Shown here one piece after another: positions 62,379 through 64,000 of a DNA stretch of 64,000 nt. Source of the stretch: Yuukianura sp. NJ FZ-2021 (taxonomy: Eukaryota); the NCBI GenBank assembly GCA_046563655.1, contig JAJCTO010000011.1:744001-808000 (forward strand), written 5' to 3'. The position numbers and the translations under genes were made by a program. Numbering within the stretch: the first letter of the stretch is position 1; each line of letters begins with the position of its first letter. The notes under the pieces are model-generated. The model searched no databases and had not been told where the DNA came from. It saw only the letters and a list, made by a program, of their open reading frames with translations.

Positions 62379-63590
62379 TAGTCTTCTGGAGACGCTTGTC
62401 TACGACATGCTGAAGAAGACTATTGATACGACTTTGTCTGTCCGTCCGTCCGTCTGTCCGTAACGTTTTTTAGGATCGTTTACACTGAAACATAAGCCCC
62501 ATCGCAGTCGGGGAGTTATCTACGGCTCAAGTGGTTTCTCTACCTCTACATTTCACTCAAAATGTTAAATTAACAACATAGAAATTGGCGGCTACTTTAC
62601 GTACCCGCAGTATCGTGGCTCCGCAAACCTGTTTTGGTTTCGATTGCACTCAAATTATTTATACACAACGGAGTTTTGATCTAGTCACTTTCTGGCACTA
62701 TGTTTAATTACGTTGTTAAATTAAGACTTATCAGAGGGTGGAAATTCCGGCTTAAATGTTTAATATGTGAATAGTGCATAACATGGGTCAAAATTGCATT
62801 TTACTAGAAATTTTCATGCCCGGCCTGGATAGCTCAGCCCGGCCTGGATAGCTCAGTGACTATATTCTATATTGGTCATTTGAGTTAAGCAAGTGTGCTA
62901 GGGCGAGGAGCTTGGATGGGTGACCACCATGGCCTTGTCTTTCCTTGAGCTAGGTTTTTCAGCCTAGCACCGGCATATGCGAGTGTCTCCTAGTGTGTTT
63001 TTCCCTGTGGTACTCAGAGACCAAAAGGTTTTCCACTAGGCGTAGTGCGAATGCAGGACACTCGCCCCTGTCCATCGTCCAGTTAGTAGAAGCAGAGTAA
63101 AGACTCAACGAAACCTGGACGCCTCCAGTTAGTAGAAGTAGCGTAAAGACTCATCGAACACTGGAGGGACAGGGCTCGGAGGGGGTCTTCCCGGTAACGG
63201 GAGCCTGCCATGGGCTACGGGCCCGTAGGGTGGGTAACCTCGAAAGAGGTTGGACATGATACAAATAAAAAAAAAAAAAAATAGAAATTTTCATAATTTC
63301 GATTTTCACAATCGATATTCGACCCCTCACTCCAGCGTTTATTTTTGTGCACGTTGCACACTTATGACCAATAGGGATTACATAAACGTTGAATTGTGCA
63401 TTTGCATAAACCAATTTTAGTCTTCTGGAGACGCATTTATAATTTCGATTTTAACAATGATATTCGACTCTATAGCTTATAACTTAATTTAACGCATTGT
63501 GAATTAACATGAAACGATGAGTATTTTAAAGAAACTATATTTGACTCTTCTCCATAAAAACGGTTTCTCAGTTTGTCCACAGTTTGAAGC
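62379..63590 (+). mobile_element. HINE copies (partial/rearranged) hosting a SINE
   Basis: TAGTCTTCTGGAGACGC at 62379 and 63418; GTCC microsatellite. Confidence 0.8.
62818..63281 (+). mobile_element. SINE with tRNA-like plus 5S-rRNA-like head, poly(A) tail and 13-bp TSD
   Basis: GCCCGGCCTGGATAGCTCA twice; GAGTTAAGCAA...CTTGGATGGGTGACC resembles the 5S internal promoter; TSD TAGAAATTTTCAT at 62805-62817 and 63282-63294. Confidence 0.85.
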
Positions 63591-64000
63591 GGAGAGGGAC
63601 TGACGAAGGACGGATTCGGAACTCCGGGGAAAACCGAGAAGCTAGGAATAGGTAGAGTAGGAGGACTATGTTCTCGAGATAGGATACAGAAATATTCTTT
63701 TTCACATTTTTTCTGTAAGGGGAGTCTCTTCCCAACCTTCAACAAGTGAACACCTAAATAAAAGTCTATTCCATTTATTCACTGTTGTTGTCACGACCAG
63801 TTCATTTCTCAGTTGATGTTGGCACAATAGGAGAACCTAGCATTGTTGACCTCAGGTCAAATCTTCCTGAAGAGAAGAGTTGACCTGAACTGGTGATTTC
63901 CCTGTAGAGGAAAGCACAGTTACGGTCTCAGGGACTGCGGGGTTGTTGCAGTGGCGGCCGAAGGGATCATTCCAGTGATGTCATGTTGTCAACTGAAATG

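Noticed and set aside
63600..64000. Possible TE or gene fragment at the window end
   Set aside because: Too little sequence and no recognisable motif.

Overview
Eukaryotic, intron-containing, TE-rich arthropod DNA. The gene families (methuselah-like GPCR, divergent ionotropic-receptor-like gene, small secreted crystallin-like protein) suggest a hexapod, possibly a springtail; that is inference. Host genes: FAM20C-like kinase (-), USP39 (+), RalGDS-like/Rgl (+), mRpS11 (-), a methuselah-like last exon, two small secreted proteins, and an IR-like pseudogene split by three insertions. Mobile DNA: Ty3/gypsy and BEL/Pao remnants, a Tc1/mariner fragment, a P-superfamily element (8-bp TSD), Harbinger elements (TTA TSD), many Helentron-type HINE copies, two SINEs, a LINE 3' end, MITEs and four tandem arrays. 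The standout is a 7.76-kb Maverick/Polinton-type element at 13023-20779. It has AG...CT ends, a perfect 6-bp TSD (GACATT) and ~1.1-kb TIRs. It carries only a virion module: minor capsid, a small basic gene and major capsid, each with its own TATA/Inr. I see no polymerase, integrase, ATPase or protease. It may be a capsid-only satellite or segment of a split Polinton system, or an internal-deletion derivative. This copy is inactivated (MCP stop, penton SINE insertion and frameshift). All family calls come from motif recognition, not database searches.
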